A stretch of DNA of 64,000 nt from contig CAXXFL010000003.1 of assembly GCA_963674965.2 (NCBI GenBank), forward strand, positions 1 through 64,000, written 5' to 3'. This document shows, in pieces, positions 52,916 through 62,654 of the stretch; within the stretch, counting starts at the first letter, position 1, and every line of letters starts with the position of its first letter. The DNA comes from a bacterium. GTDB lineage: Bacteria > RBG-13-61-14 > DATKZS01. Both the position numbers and the translations under genes were made by a program. The notes beneath the pieces are model-generated. The model worked only from the letters and a program-made list of their open reading frames with translations, made no database searches and was not told the origin of the DNA.

Positions 52916-54109
52916 ATGAAAAAGGCCGCTTTATTTCTTGGCGCCTTGGCGCTGTCCCTGGCCGCGGCGGAAATCGTTCTTCGCCTGTCGCCCTCCTTTT
53001 CATGTCGTGAGCGCGTCCTGATGAGACGTGAATTCCTCGCCCTGACGAGGTTCGACTCGAAGTACGGCCTGACCTTCGTGCCCAACGCCGACCGCGTCTG
53101 GGACTTCCCCGGTCCGAAGGGATCGGAGGCCACCATACGTTTTAGGACCGTTCCGGTCCCGGGAGTGCCCGACGTCGGCGTCCGGGGAGACCCCATCGAC
53201 GAGGACGCCAAAAAAAGGCTCCTCGTCTTTGGCGACTCCTTTACCTTCGGAGCGGCCGCGGAAAAGAACCAAATATGGATCGAGCGCCTCGAGGCGAGAC
53301 GAGAGGGCGTGGAGTTCGTAAACCTCGCCCTGCCGGGTGGCATATCCAAGAGCGTTATGCTCTACGAGGAAATGGGGGCCTCCCTTCCCCACGACGCCGT
53401 CATTTATCAGATGTACATGGGAAACGAGTTCTGGGACAACATGATAGCCTGGCAGGTACAAAACGGCGTCATCGCTCCAATGCCGGAGGTGGAGAACAGG
53501 CTGGGAGAGATGTCGATCGCGGCCCGGTTGTCCGAGAGCTGCGCGTTCCTTTGCGGGGCGCTCTCCATCCTGGACCGGCGTTTCGATATGGACCTTTTCA
53601 ACGCCGAGGAAACGATCGAGGCCATCGAGTATAAGCCGGAAAACATGGGGTACAGAGTGGATGGATACGGGGCCTTCATGACGCGGCCGAGGAACAGGAT
53701 CGGACTCTCGGTCTGCCTGCCGGGCAAGGACCGGGACCTGGAGGTCGGGATCGAATGGACCCGAAAGTCCATGGAGGCCATGCAAAGGAAAGCGGACGAG
53801 CTGGCAAAGGGAAGGCTTCTGGTGGTTTTGTTCCCCTTTAAGGAGCAGGTGTATTTCGATCTCATCCGCGACGAGGTGGTCCCTGGAGTTCAGCCTCGTC
53901 TGCCCAATGATATAATACTGGACGAGTGCAAGGCGCGCAAAATAAAGTGTCTTGATATTCTGCCCGCCCTGGCGGCGGACCGGGATGAACCTTTATACTG
54001 GGACTATGACCCTCATTTCAGGCCGCTTGGCCACGAGAAGGCGGCCCTCGCGGTCGAGGGGGAACTTATAGAGCTTGGCTGGCTTGAAGGGGAACAAGTG
54101 GAGGAATAA
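52916..54109 (+). CDS. SGNH/GDSL hydrolase-family (AlgX-like) membrane-anchored protein
   Basis: AEIVLR anchor; GDSFTFG, GNEF and DPH motifs. Confidence 0.85.
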   Translation: MKKAALFLGALALSLAAAEIVLRLSPSFSCRERVLMRREFLALTRFDSKYGLTFVPNADRVWDFPGPKGSEATIRFRTVPVPGVPDVGVRGDPIDEDAKKRLLVFGDSFTFGAAAEKNQIWIERLEARREGVEFVNLALPGGISKSVMLYEEMGASLPHDAVIYQMYMGNEFWDNMIAWQVQNGVIAPMPEVENRLGEMSIAARLSESCAFLCGALSILDRRFDMDLFNAEETIEAIEYKPENMGYRVDGYGAFMTRPRNRIGLSVCLPGKDRDLEVGIEWTRKSMEAMQRKADELAKGRLLVVLFPFKEQVYFDLIRDEVVPGVQPRLPNDIILDECKARKIKCLDILPALAADRDEPLYWDYDPHFRPLGHEKAALAVEGELIELGWLEGEQVEE

Positions 54110-55324
54110 ATGAAGACCCGATCGGCGCTTATCTTCATGACTTTCGTTTTTATCGCCTTGCCCGCGGCGGCCGCGGCCCCGGGGACCGTTCGGTTCCGGG
54201 TTATCGCGCCCTCCTCACCCGTGACCGACGTATACACGCCCGCGGCCATCATGGCGGTTTACGAGTCAGGCGAGATAGCCGCGGGCTATAGGGGCGACGT
54301 CTGGCTATGGACGGACTATCCCTGGGTCAACCCCTACCACCTGGTGATGAAGCCCGAGCATAAGGGGATAATAGTGACGCCCATGAAGTTCAACCTGCCC
54401 GTCATGCAGAGGATCGAGGCTTACGATCCGCCCAGCCCGTCCGTGCACGCCTGGTCTAACGCGGTGTCGCCGGTAAAGCCCGACTTTAAGGGCTATCGCC
54501 TCTTCTGGGGAGTGATGGAAGGCGGCGACGATCCGGTCCCCGACTTCCGCGTCGCCGATAAGGACGGGCCGAAACGGGCCGAGGCGAAAAGAAGGGCCGT
54601 GGAGGGACCGCTCGAGCTTCGGTCCGTCAAAGCCCGGTACCGTCACGAGACCTGGATCGTCATTCCCGATCCGTCCCTGGAGGAGGCCGAGCAAAACCGG
54701 ATACTCGAGGACATGGAGGGAGCCAGGACGGACGGGGCCGCGCTCGAGGCCGTCCGCCGGATGGAGCCAAAGATCGCGCTTATCCGGGGCGACCTCGGCT
54801 CGGGACCTTATCGCTCCCGGAACCTTATACCCGAGGGCCTGGCCATGGTCGGTAAGCCCGGCCCTCCCTCCCCGGGAGGAAGGATGGCCGGGGCCCACAA
54901 GGAAAAAATCTCCTCCACCGACCTCGAGCATATCAAGGCGGTCATACCCGACCGTTCCGGCTATATCGGGGTCTGGGCAAAATCGGACAAGCCCTCCGAT
55001 ATTTGGGAGGGACTGAAGAGCGGCCGGGCCTACGCCGCGTGGGGCTCTCGCGTCATCATCGACTGGGTGAACGGCCCGGGGCTGACCGTCGCGGGCAACG
55101 GGCCGCGCGAGGAAATCGAGGTCATGGCCGTGGATGGAGGCGCGGCCAGGAAAGTGGCCGGGGAGGCGACGGACGGCTACGTTCTGAAGATGGGGCCCGA
55201 GGCGATGAGGAAGGTCCCGTCCGGGAGCGCGGCGCTCATAAGCGTCTCCGAGCCCTGGTCGCCAACCGGCGCGAGCGCCATGGCCTATGTGGGCCTTGAT
55301 TCCGGGAATCCCTTGGACCCGTAG
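54110..55324 (+). CDS. Secreted hypothetical protein with a PHP/DUF3604-like C-terminal segment
   Basis: Signal peptide; GYIGVWA..IWEGLKSGRAYA segment. Confidence 0.6.
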   Translation: MKTRSALIFMTFVFIALPAAAAAPGTVRFRVIAPSSPVTDVYTPAAIMAVYESGEIAAGYRGDVWLWTDYPWVNPYHLVMKPEHKGIIVTPMKFNLPVMQRIEAYDPPSPSVHAWSNAVSPVKPDFKGYRLFWGVMEGGDDPVPDFRVADKDGPKRAEAKRRAVEGPLELRSVKARYRHETWIVIPDPSLEEAEQNRILEDMEGARTDGAALEAVRRMEPKIALIRGDLGSGPYRSRNLIPEGLAMVGKPGPPSPGGRMAGAHKEKISSTDLEHIKAVIPDRSGYIGVWAKSDKPSDIWEGLKSGRAYAAWGSRVIIDWVNGPGLTVAGNGPREEIEVMAVDGGAARKVAGEATDGYVLKMGPEAMRKVPSGSAALISVSEPWSPTGASAMAYVGLDSGNPLDP

Positions 55325-55520
55325 TCGGCCGCGGGTTAAAAGCTCTTCCAATCCGCAAAAAGTGGAAACGCGAAATGGATGGCCGACGCGCTTGGAAAAA
55401 TGAGTTGAAATCAAAAGCGCAAATGATATTATCCGGTTTTAGGTACTCGCATAAAAGACGGATTCAGGCGCCTGGTCGCCGATAGAGGACGGAGGTCTTG
55501 AATTTAAAGGAGCGTATTGA

Positions 55521-56072
55521 ATGATCCCGGAAAAGCAAAGAAAGTTTTTGGAAAATTACGAGGGGACCTGCAAGGGCCGCTATCATATCGCCTACCTTAC
55601 CATCCTGGGCATAGCCGGCGGCGCGAAGATGAAGATCGAGGCCATCGAGAAGTACGGACGGGAGAACTACTCGCCGGAAAAGATGTACCCCATCAGGGAG
55701 GCGGCCCAGATCATTCACCACGGCATGGCCAACGGCGTGCCGGCGGAGCGCATGGGCCGCATGGTGGCCCAGTCCTATAAAAGAAGCGCGCCCGAAGTGT
55801 TCGACAATCTGACCCATGACCGGGTCATCGACTTGATACTCCTGGCTTACTCCTCCGAGACCGACGTGGGAAACATGCTCACCCTCGAGCGTCGGGAGCC
55901 GGGACGGGCCATCATCTCTAGAAAAAACAGCGCCCAGCCCTGCGATTTCTTCCTGGGCGTCATCAAAGGCGGCTTCGAGATAGCCGACCTCACCGCCGAG
56001 GTCAGGGAAATCGAGTGCCAGTGGAAAGCGAACGACCCCAAGTGCCTTTACGAGATAATATGGAAGACGTGA
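55521..56072 (+). CDS. V4R/H-NOX-like small ligand-binding protein
   Basis: C-terminal PCDF..G..G..E.EC....DPKCLYEI.W pattern. Confidence 0.6.
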   Translation: MIPEKQRKFLENYEGTCKGRYHIAYLTILGIAGGAKMKIEAIEKYGRENYSPEKMYPIREAAQIIHHGMANGVPAERMGRMVAQSYKRSAPEVFDNLTHDRVIDLILLAYSSETDVGNMLTLERREPGRAIISRKNSAQPCDFFLGVIKGGFEIADLTAEVREIECQWKANDPKCLYEIIWKT

Positions 56073-56193
56073 TCGATATTCGAAAACGCTTTGGCCGCAT
56101 TTATCGGTCTTTTCTTCGGCCGGGGAATTAATGTATCATTTAGAATGAGCGGTCACGTCGGGAAAAAGGCCGCTCTCTTGGGCGGCGCGCGCT

Positions 56194-56916
56194 TTGAAAG
56201 AAAACGGATACAGCTCGAAAAGGATGGCCTGGTCCATCGTCCTTTCCCTGGGGCTCAACCTGGGAATGGTCGCCTGGGCGGGAGGGTTCCTCGAAAATAA
56301 ACCCAACCCTTCCACGCGCCTCGAGGTGGACCTCATGCTCCTGGCCCCTCCCGCGCCGGAGCCGGAAAAAGCCGCGCCCGCGCCTTTGCCGCCCCAGCCC
56401 GAGCCCACGCCGCCCGAGCCGAAAAAGGAAAAACCCCAACCCCGGCCCAAGCCGGTCAAAAAAAACCGGCCCGCCGTTAAGAGGAAACCTCCCGAGAAGC
56501 CCAAACCGAAAGCCGAGCCCGTTCCCGCTCCGGACGCTCCCGCGCCGCCGTCCAGCGTGGCGGACGCCTCGGCCAAGCCGAGTCCGGGCAAGAAGGCCTT
56601 GGGGGAGCCGAGGCCCGTATCCAAAAGCTGCATCTCGGGTTACGCCGGCAAAATCCACTCCCGCATAGCTCGGGCCAAGCGGTATCCTCACTCGGCCCGC
56701 GCCGCCGGCGAGGAGGGGACGGTCAAGGTCAAGTTTACCGTCGGTCCCACCGGCTCCGTCAGTGGGATCAGGGTGGCGAAAAGCTCGGGTTTTGCCTCCC
56801 TCGATCAGGCGGCGATAGACGCCGTCAGCCGCGCCGCGCCCTTTCCCCCGCTGCCCGCCTGCGTGGGACGCGACAGTCTCACCCTTCGGCTCTCGGTGTC
56901 CTTCCATCTGAACTGA
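56194..56916 (+). CDS. tonB: TonB-family energy transducer
   Basis: N-terminal TM helix, Pro/Lys-rich linker, and YP..AR..GEEGTV.V.F..SSG...LD.AA C-terminal domain. Confidence 0.88.
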   Translation: MKENGYSSKRMAWSIVLSLGLNLGMVAWAGGFLENKPNPSTRLEVDLMLLAPPAPEPEKAAPAPLPPQPEPTPPEPKKEKPQPRPKPVKKNRPAVKRKPPEKPKPKAEPVPAPDAPAPPSSVADASAKPSPGKKALGEPRPVSKSCISGYAGKIHSRIARAKRYPHSARAAGEEGTVKVKFTVGPTGSVSGIRVAKSSGFASLDQAAIDAVSRAAPFPPLPACVGRDSLTLRLSVSFHLN

Positions 56917-57014
56917 TCCTTCGGCCCTGGAACTTTTTCGCCCATCAAGCCTCGAAACCCCGGTTGCAACCGGGATTTATTACCACTACCATAGGCTTTG
57001 AAAGGGGCGCACAA

Positions 57015-58121
57015 ATGGGCAAGGAAAAACCAAATCCGGATACTTTCGCCGCGCGGACCCCCAGGTCCATCTTCGAGGCCCTGGACCAATACGTGATCGG
57101 TCAGGACCGGGCCAAGCGGACCTTGTCCATCGCCGCCTACAACCACTTCAAGCGCATAAGGCGCCAGCTCGAAACCGCGGGTCCCACGCTCGACCGGGAG
57201 GGGGACCTGACCGAGGACCCCAAAGCCTCGGCCGCGCCCATCCGCAAATCCAACGTGCTCTTGATCGGACCCAGCGGGTGCGGCAAGACCCACCTGGCCC
57301 GCCACCTGGCCCGGATACTGAACGTCCCCCTCAGCGTGGTGGACGCCACCGAGTACACCGAGGCCGGTTACTACGGCAAGGACGTCGAGGTCATGCTGGG
57401 AGAGCTGCTTTACGCCTCGGACATGGACGTGGACATGGCCCAGCGCGGCATCGTGTTCATGGACGAGATCGACAAGATAGCCCGCCGGAACCACGGGGCC
57501 AGGACCGGCGCCGGCTCGCGCGACATCGGAGGCGAGGGAGTGCAGCAGTCCCTCTTGAAGCTTCTGGAGGGGACAACCGTCTTCGTGCCCTATAACATCA
57601 CTCAGCACTGGAGCAAGCACGACTTCGTGCAGATGGACACCACCAACGTGCTGTTTATCTGCGCCGGGACCTTCACGGACATGCAAAGGGGCTCGTTCGC
57701 GAGAAAGTCCGGATTCAAGGACCCCGGGGCGGAAGAGGGAGGGAACGCGCCCGCGGCCGAGCGGGTAAGCGTCGAGGACCTCCTCCAATACGGGATGATC
57801 GCAGAGCTGGTGGGCCGGCTGCCGGTCATGGTCGAGATGAGCGAGCTGACCGAGAGCGACCTGGTCCGCGTCATGACCGAGCCCCCCGACGCGCTCCTGA
57901 AGGAATACGCCGAGCTTCTGGGCATGGACGGAATCGGGCTCGAGCTCACGGAGGGGGCGCTCCATGAGATCGCCCACTTCGCTCGCCGCAAGAAGCTGGG
58001 AGCCCGAGCCCTTCGCGGCATTTTCGAGGACGTCATGCACGACTACATGTTCGAGGCCCCCGAGCTGGCGGGCCGCCGGATAGTCATCGGCGAGTCCGAG
58101 GTCCAAAAGAAGCTCGGCTGA
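57015..58121 (+). CDS. clpX: ClpX-like AAA+ ATPase lacking the N-terminal Zn-binding domain
   Basis: LDQYVIGQ, KSNVLLIGPSGCGKT, DEIDKI, RDIGGEGVQQSLLK and GARALR motifs. Confidence 0.85.
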   Translation: MGKEKPNPDTFAARTPRSIFEALDQYVIGQDRAKRTLSIAAYNHFKRIRRQLETAGPTLDREGDLTEDPKASAAPIRKSNVLLIGPSGCGKTHLARHLARILNVPLSVVDATEYTEAGYYGKDVEVMLGELLYASDMDVDMAQRGIVFMDEIDKIARRNHGARTGAGSRDIGGEGVQQSLLKLLEGTTVFVPYNITQHWSKHDFVQMDTTNVLFICAGTFTDMQRGSFARKSGFKDPGAEEGGNAPAAERVSVEDLLQYGMIAELVGRLPVMVEMSELTESDLVRVMTEPPDALLKEYAELLGMDGIGLELTEGALHEIAHFARRKKLGARALRGIFEDVMHDYMFEAPELAGRRIVIGESEVQKKLG

Positions 58122-58123
58122 CC

Positions 58124-58597
58124 ATGCCCGTGAAAAAACTTGGCATTGACGACCTTGACGAGGTCGCCGTCCTGGACGAGGAATGTTTCCCTCCCGACGT
58201 GGCCTTTCCAGAGGAAGTCTTTTTAGGCTGCCTGCTCGATCCCTCCTGCATCTGCGCCGGGATCGAGGAAAAGGGACGCCTGGTGGCCTTCTCCATCGTG
58301 CATCGGAGCGGCCCCCGCGCCTTCAACCTGGTCACCCTCGACGTGCATCCGGACTTCAGGGGCAAGGGCAAAGCCAAGGCCCTCCTCGACGAGATCGAAA
58401 AGGAAGCCCGCCGCCTCGAGATCAAAAGGATCACCCTCCAGGTGGACGTGAACAACCTTACCGCCATCGGCCTCTACGAAAAACGCGGATTCAAGAAGAA
58501 GTCCTTCTTGAAAAACTACTACAAGACCGGAGGACACGCCTACTTGATGGATAAAGTATTCGATACCACCCATGCCCCCGAAGGGAACGGATGCTGA
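58124..58597 (+). CDS. GNAT N-acetyltransferase (RimI-like)
   Basis: VHPDFRGKGKA, N..AIGLYEKRGF and NYY motifs. Confidence 0.85.
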   Translation: MPVKKLGIDDLDEVAVLDEECFPPDVAFPEEVFLGCLLDPSCICAGIEEKGRLVAFSIVHRSGPRAFNLVTLDVHPDFRGKGKAKALLDEIEKEARRLEIKRITLQVDVNNLTAIGLYEKRGFKKKSFLKNYYKTGGHAYLMDKVFDTTHAPEGNGC

Positions 58598-58906
58598 TAG
58601 CGGTAGTATTGCGAGCCGCGGCCGTTCAAATTTTTCTCCTTCGGGTGACCGGGCCCCGGCCGCGTTGTTTTGGCCTGACTGTGCCTTTTGAGCAAGGTTT
58701 CCTATTTCCGCCAAAGGGCGTTAAGGCGAAAAGGATAACGGAGGACGTCCCCGATTGTGCCGGCGAAATCGGGCTTTTTCCAATAAGGAGAAACCCCCGA
58801 CTCGTGATAAGATCATGGATAGAAGGAGAGGCCGCAAGGCATGGATTATTAGATGGAGCTGGCGCCGGGACTGGATGAGGCGCCATTTAGCCCGGGAGGG
58901 AGGGTA

Positions 58907-59350
58907 ATGAAAAGGATAGGCATAATCATCTGCGACCGTTATCGGAGTTGCGGCGGCGGCAAATGTTTCCGTTCGCTTCGGGAGCGTCGGGGCGGTTTTT
59001 CCGTGTATCCGGCGGACGAGCCGATCGAGGTCGTGGGTTTTTCGAGTTGCGGCGGATGTCCGGGCGGCAATATCGAATACGTTCCGGAGGAGATGAAGAA
59101 GAACGGGGCCGACGTCATTCACCTGGCCACGGGTTTCGTGGTCGGCTATCCACCCTGTCCATATATCCGGGACTTCAAGTCTTTCATCGAGACGAAGTAC
59201 GGTATTCCAGTGGTAGTGGGGACCCATCCCGTGCCGATGAAGTATCTGGAAACCCACCAGGGCCTTCCCTTCTGGAAGGAATCCCGCATGGAGGAGATCG
59301 CGGGGCCGCTCCTTGCCGAGGCCCCGGAGATCATGGAAGACTATAACTGA
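58907..59350 (+). CDS. CGGC domain protein
   Basis: IGIIIC..CGGGKC, SCGGCPG, IHLAT and VVVGTH motifs. Confidence 0.88.
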   Translation: MKRIGIIICDRYRSCGGGKCFRSLRERRGGFSVYPADEPIEVVGFSSCGGCPGGNIEYVPEEMKKNGADVIHLATGFVVGYPPCPYIRDFKSFIETKYGIPVVVGTHPVPMKYLETHQGLPFWKESRMEEIAGPLLAEAPEIMEDYN

Positions 59351-59564
59351 AAATAGGCCGCTCGCCGGCTTCTTCGCGGTTATCCGGTCCTCACCCTCCC
59401 GCCAGTTGGCGCCGGCGGCTTTCACTCGCGAACGCCGCCGGGTTCACGCCGCGGCATTCATTGACGCCGTTTTTCGCCGATGATAAGATCGCTTTAATTG
59501 ACAAGGCACGCCGATAATCGCCGCGTCTTATTATTCCGAAAAGATAAGCAAAGGGGTGCAGCCA

Positions 59565-61028
59565 ATGGTTGACGAACAAAATGGGGACGTGAAGACCTAC
59601 TTGAACTACGTGGGGGGCGAATGGGTCGAGTCGTCCACCGGGGAGCTCATCGCCAGCCTTGACCCCGCCACGGGGGAAGTGGTGGCCAAGGTCCAGAAGT
59701 CCGGACCCGAGGACATGGAAAAGGCCATCGCCGCGGCGCGGCAAGCCTTCGAGACCGCGGACTGGTCCGTTGACCCGAGGGTCCGCCAGATCGCGTTGTC
59801 TCAGTATGGGAAACTCCTGAGGGACAAGCGGGATTCCCTGGCCGAGCTGTTGTCGCGGGAAAACGGCAAGACCCTCATCGAGGCGAAGGGCAGCATCGGC
59901 GGCGCCATCGACCTCGTCTCCTATTACGCGGGAGCGGCCCGGCAGGTCTACGGCAGCTCGGCCTCCATGTCCGCGAAGTCCTACTCGGTGGTCCTCCGCG
60001 AGGCCGTCGGCGTGGTCGGGTCCATCGTCCCCTGGAACTGGCCGGCCTATCTTCTGATGCGCGACCTGGCCCCGGCGCTGGCGGCCGGGAACGCGATCGT
60101 CATCAAGCCCGCCAGCTACACCCCCGCCATTTGCGCGGAGTGTATCGAGATACTTGCCCAGATCAAGGCCATCCCCAAGGGCATCGTTAACTTCGTGACG
60201 GGGGCCGGCTCCGTGGTGGGAGAGGTCCTGGCCGCGAGCGAGGAAGTGGACATGATCGCCTTCACCGGTGACGGTTCCACCGGGGCCCGGATCACGCAAG
60301 TGGCGGCCCCCACCCAGAAGAAGCTGGCCATGGAACTGGGCGGCAAGTCGCCCAATATTATCTTCGAGGACGCCAACCTGAAAAAGGCCATACCCGGCTC
60401 GATCTGGGCCTTCCTAACCACGGCCGGACAGGTTTGCATGGCCGGGACCCGGCTGATCGTGCAGGAATCGATCTATGACGAGGTATGCTCCAAGTTGAAG
60501 GACGGGATCGAGAAGCTCAAGGTCGGCCGCGGCCTGGAGGAGGGGACCAACGTCCCTCCCCTGGTGGCCGAGTCGCAGCTCGAGACGGTGATGAAATACA
60601 TCGAGATCGGCAAGAGGGAAGGCAAGGTCTTAACCGGCGGCCACCGTCTGGCCGGCGGGGATTACGACAAGGGCTGGTTCGTGGCCCCCACCGTTTTCAC
60701 CGACCTCCCGCCCGACTCGAGGGTGGTCCAGGAAGAGGTGTTCGGTCCGGTCCTGGTGGTCCAGAAATTCCAGACCGAGGAGGAGGCCATAGCCATCGCG
60801 AACGGGACCAGGTACGGACTGGCCGGCGCGGTGTGGACCCAGAACTTGAGCCGCGCCATGCGGGTCTCCCGCAAGCTTAAGGCCGGGACCGTCTGGATCA
60901 ACGCCTATAACCAGCTCTTCGCCGACGTCGAGTTCGGCGGCTACAAGGCAAGCGGGAACGGCAGGATGTGCGGCCTCCAGGGACTGTACGAGTTCACCGA
61001 GCTTAAACACCTTAACTTCAACCCGTGA
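59565..61028 (+). CDS. NAD(P)-dependent aldehyde dehydrogenase
   Basis: PWNWP, FTG, MELGGKSP, GQVCMA, EEVFGP and FGGYKASG motifs. Confidence 0.96.
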   Translation: MVDEQNGDVKTYLNYVGGEWVESSTGELIASLDPATGEVVAKVQKSGPEDMEKAIAAARQAFETADWSVDPRVRQIALSQYGKLLRDKRDSLAELLSRENGKTLIEAKGSIGGAIDLVSYYAGAARQVYGSSASMSAKSYSVVLREAVGVVGSIVPWNWPAYLLMRDLAPALAAGNAIVIKPASYTPAICAECIEILAQIKAIPKGIVNFVTGAGSVVGEVLAASEEVDMIAFTGDGSTGARITQVAAPTQKKLAMELGGKSPNIIFEDANLKKAIPGSIWAFLTTAGQVCMAGTRLIVQESIYDEVCSKLKDGIEKLKVGRGLEEGTNVPPLVAESQLETVMKYIEIGKREGKVLTGGHRLAGGDYDKGWFVAPTVFTDLPPDSRVVQEEVFGPVLVVQKFQTEEEAIAIANGTRYGLAGAVWTQNLSRAMRVSRKLKAGTVWINAYNQLFADVEFGGYKASGNGRMCGLQGLYEFTELKHLNFNP

Positions 61029-61081
61029 AAGGGGGACGGACCCGCGCCCGCCCGGCCGGCCGGCCCGATTGGAGATAAAAG

Positions 61082-61522
61082 ATGGGACACGATGACGCGC
61101 CGTTTTTTTCCAAAAAGCACCCGGCGGGAGAGACGGCCGACCCCTCCGCCGCCGAGGCCGTAAGAGTGAAAGCGGGCCCGGACGGCGTCGCTTGCGCCTC
61201 GGCCTTCAAGGTGGCGGCCGACCTCGATATAAGCCCGGCCGAGGTGGGCAAGACCATCGACCTCTTGGACCTCAAGCTGACCAGGTGCCAACTGGGACTC
61301 TTCGGTTACCCAGGGCAAAGAATGGTCTTCGAGCCGGTCACGCTCGAGTCGATTCCCGCCGGCCTCAAAGCCGCCATCGCCGAAAGCCTTGAGAACGGAC
61401 GCCTCCCCTGCCAAGGCGCCTGGAGGATCGCCGAGCGACTGGGCCTAAAAAAGATGGAAGTCGCCGCCGCCGCCGACTCGATGGGCGTAAAGATCAAGCC
61501 CTGCCAGCTCGGGGCTTTTTAA
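61082..61522 (+). CDS. Hypothetical protein with a duplicated Cys motif module
   Basis: Two copies of C-x2-A-[FW]-x2-A...K-[LI]-x2-CQLG-x-F. Confidence 0.75.
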   Translation: MGHDDAPFFSKKHPAGETADPSAAEAVRVKAGPDGVACASAFKVAADLDISPAEVGKTIDLLDLKLTRCQLGLFGYPGQRMVFEPVTLESIPAGLKAAIAESLENGRLPCQGAWRIAERLGLKKMEVAAAADSMGVKIKPCQLGAF

Positions 61523-61628
61523 CGTTTATCCTTTCATCAATTCGCCGGCGCCGCGGCCTCAAGCCGAGGCGCGTCCCTTCCCCGGGGCTATCGGTCGAAG
61601 AGGACGTATCGAAAAAAGTCCATGGAAT

Positions 61629-61814
61629 GAGCTTCTTGCAAAAGTCTTTTTCTTGGCGGCATAGCCGCTTTGGAGCGCTCTCGCTTGAGACCGATTTCTA
61701 TGGCCTTGGCTTGACAAGACCTAACAAGAAAACGGCTTGCCTCGCGTCAAGCCGCTCGGAAGAAAAGCGGCGTCGAGCCGCCGCACTCCAAAGCTGGACT
61801 TTTGCAAGTGGCTC
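61629..61814. mobile_element. MITE/REPIN-like miniature element, copy 3
   Basis: GAGCTTCTTGCAAAAGTC ... GACTTTTGCAAGTGGCTC. Confidence 0.85.
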
Positions 61815-61837
61815 GAATAACAAAGATTCAGCTCAGG

Positions 61838-62011
61838 TTATGACCGCTCGGACAGTCTTTCTTTTATTTCCGTGATTTCCGCTTCCAGTTCCTCAATTTC
61901 CATTATTTGACTCGGCCTTATCGAGTGCGCGGGCAGGGCCCGCTCGCGGTCGGCAAGTTCTTCTTGAAGTTCTTTTAGCCTGTCTTGAAGCTGTTTTTCT
62001 TCGGCGCTCAT
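61838..62011 (-). CDS. Small coiled-coil protein (LPAHSIRP motif)
   Basis: Helical hairpin pattern; RBS GGAGG; follows the gcvR-like gene. Confidence 0.65.
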   Translation of the reverse strand: MSAEEKQLQDRLKELQEELADRERALPAHSIRPSQIMEIEELEAEITEIKERLSERS

Positions 62012-62074
62012 CGTCTTTTCCTCCCTGTTCATAAGGATGAAAAGCGACCCGAAGAGTTACGCGGCGAGGATAAA

Positions 62075-62608
62075 TCAGGACTCGTGCTCGAGCTCGACGT
62101 CCACGTTCCGGTCCTCCGCCAACTCGAAGAGGTCCTCCTTAAGGCGCCGTATCCGGACCTCCGCGGGGATGGAGAGCCTGGCCTCGAGGGTGAACACGGG
62201 GGCCCCGGAGACGGGCGCGGGCGTGACCTTGGTGTCCATGGCCTCGACGTTGACCTTGTGCCTGACCAGGACCTTGGAGACGTGATGCACGATGCCGGGA
62301 TGGTCCATGCCCGACACCTCGAGGCGGTAGGGAAGGCTGGCGGGCCCCTGCCGCTCGCTCGGGCCCCGGGTATTCTTGCTGAAGACCGTGAGACCCGTGG
62401 CCTTCTCGAGAGCGGACGCGTCTTCCACCAGGGCCCTGGCGGCCTCGGTCTCGCCCGAGACCAGGGCCAGGATGGCGAACTCGCCGCCCAGGACCGCCAT
62501 GCGGCTCTTCTCGATGTTGAAGCCCCGATCGGACAAGAAGGCCGAAAGGTCGTCCACGATCCCCGTCCGGTCGGGGCCCACCGCCGATATCAATACGTAG
62601 TCGCTCAT
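62075..62608 (-). CDS. gcvR: Double-ACT domain protein (GcvR-like)
   Basis: GPDRTGIV..NIEKSRM..LGGEFA and GMDHPGIV motifs. Confidence 0.8.
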   Translation of the reverse strand: MSDYVLISAVGPDRTGIVDDLSAFLSDRGFNIEKSRMAVLGGEFAILALVSGETEAARALVEDASALEKATGLTVFSKNTRGPSERQGPASLPYRLEVSGMDHPGIVHHVSKVLVRHKVNVEAMDTKVTPAPVSGAPVFTLEARLSIPAEVRIRRLKEDLFELAEDRNVDVELEHES

Positions 62609-62654
62609 CTCACGCTCCAGGTCCCTCAAAAAATTCCGGCCCGCGGCCGAGGTT

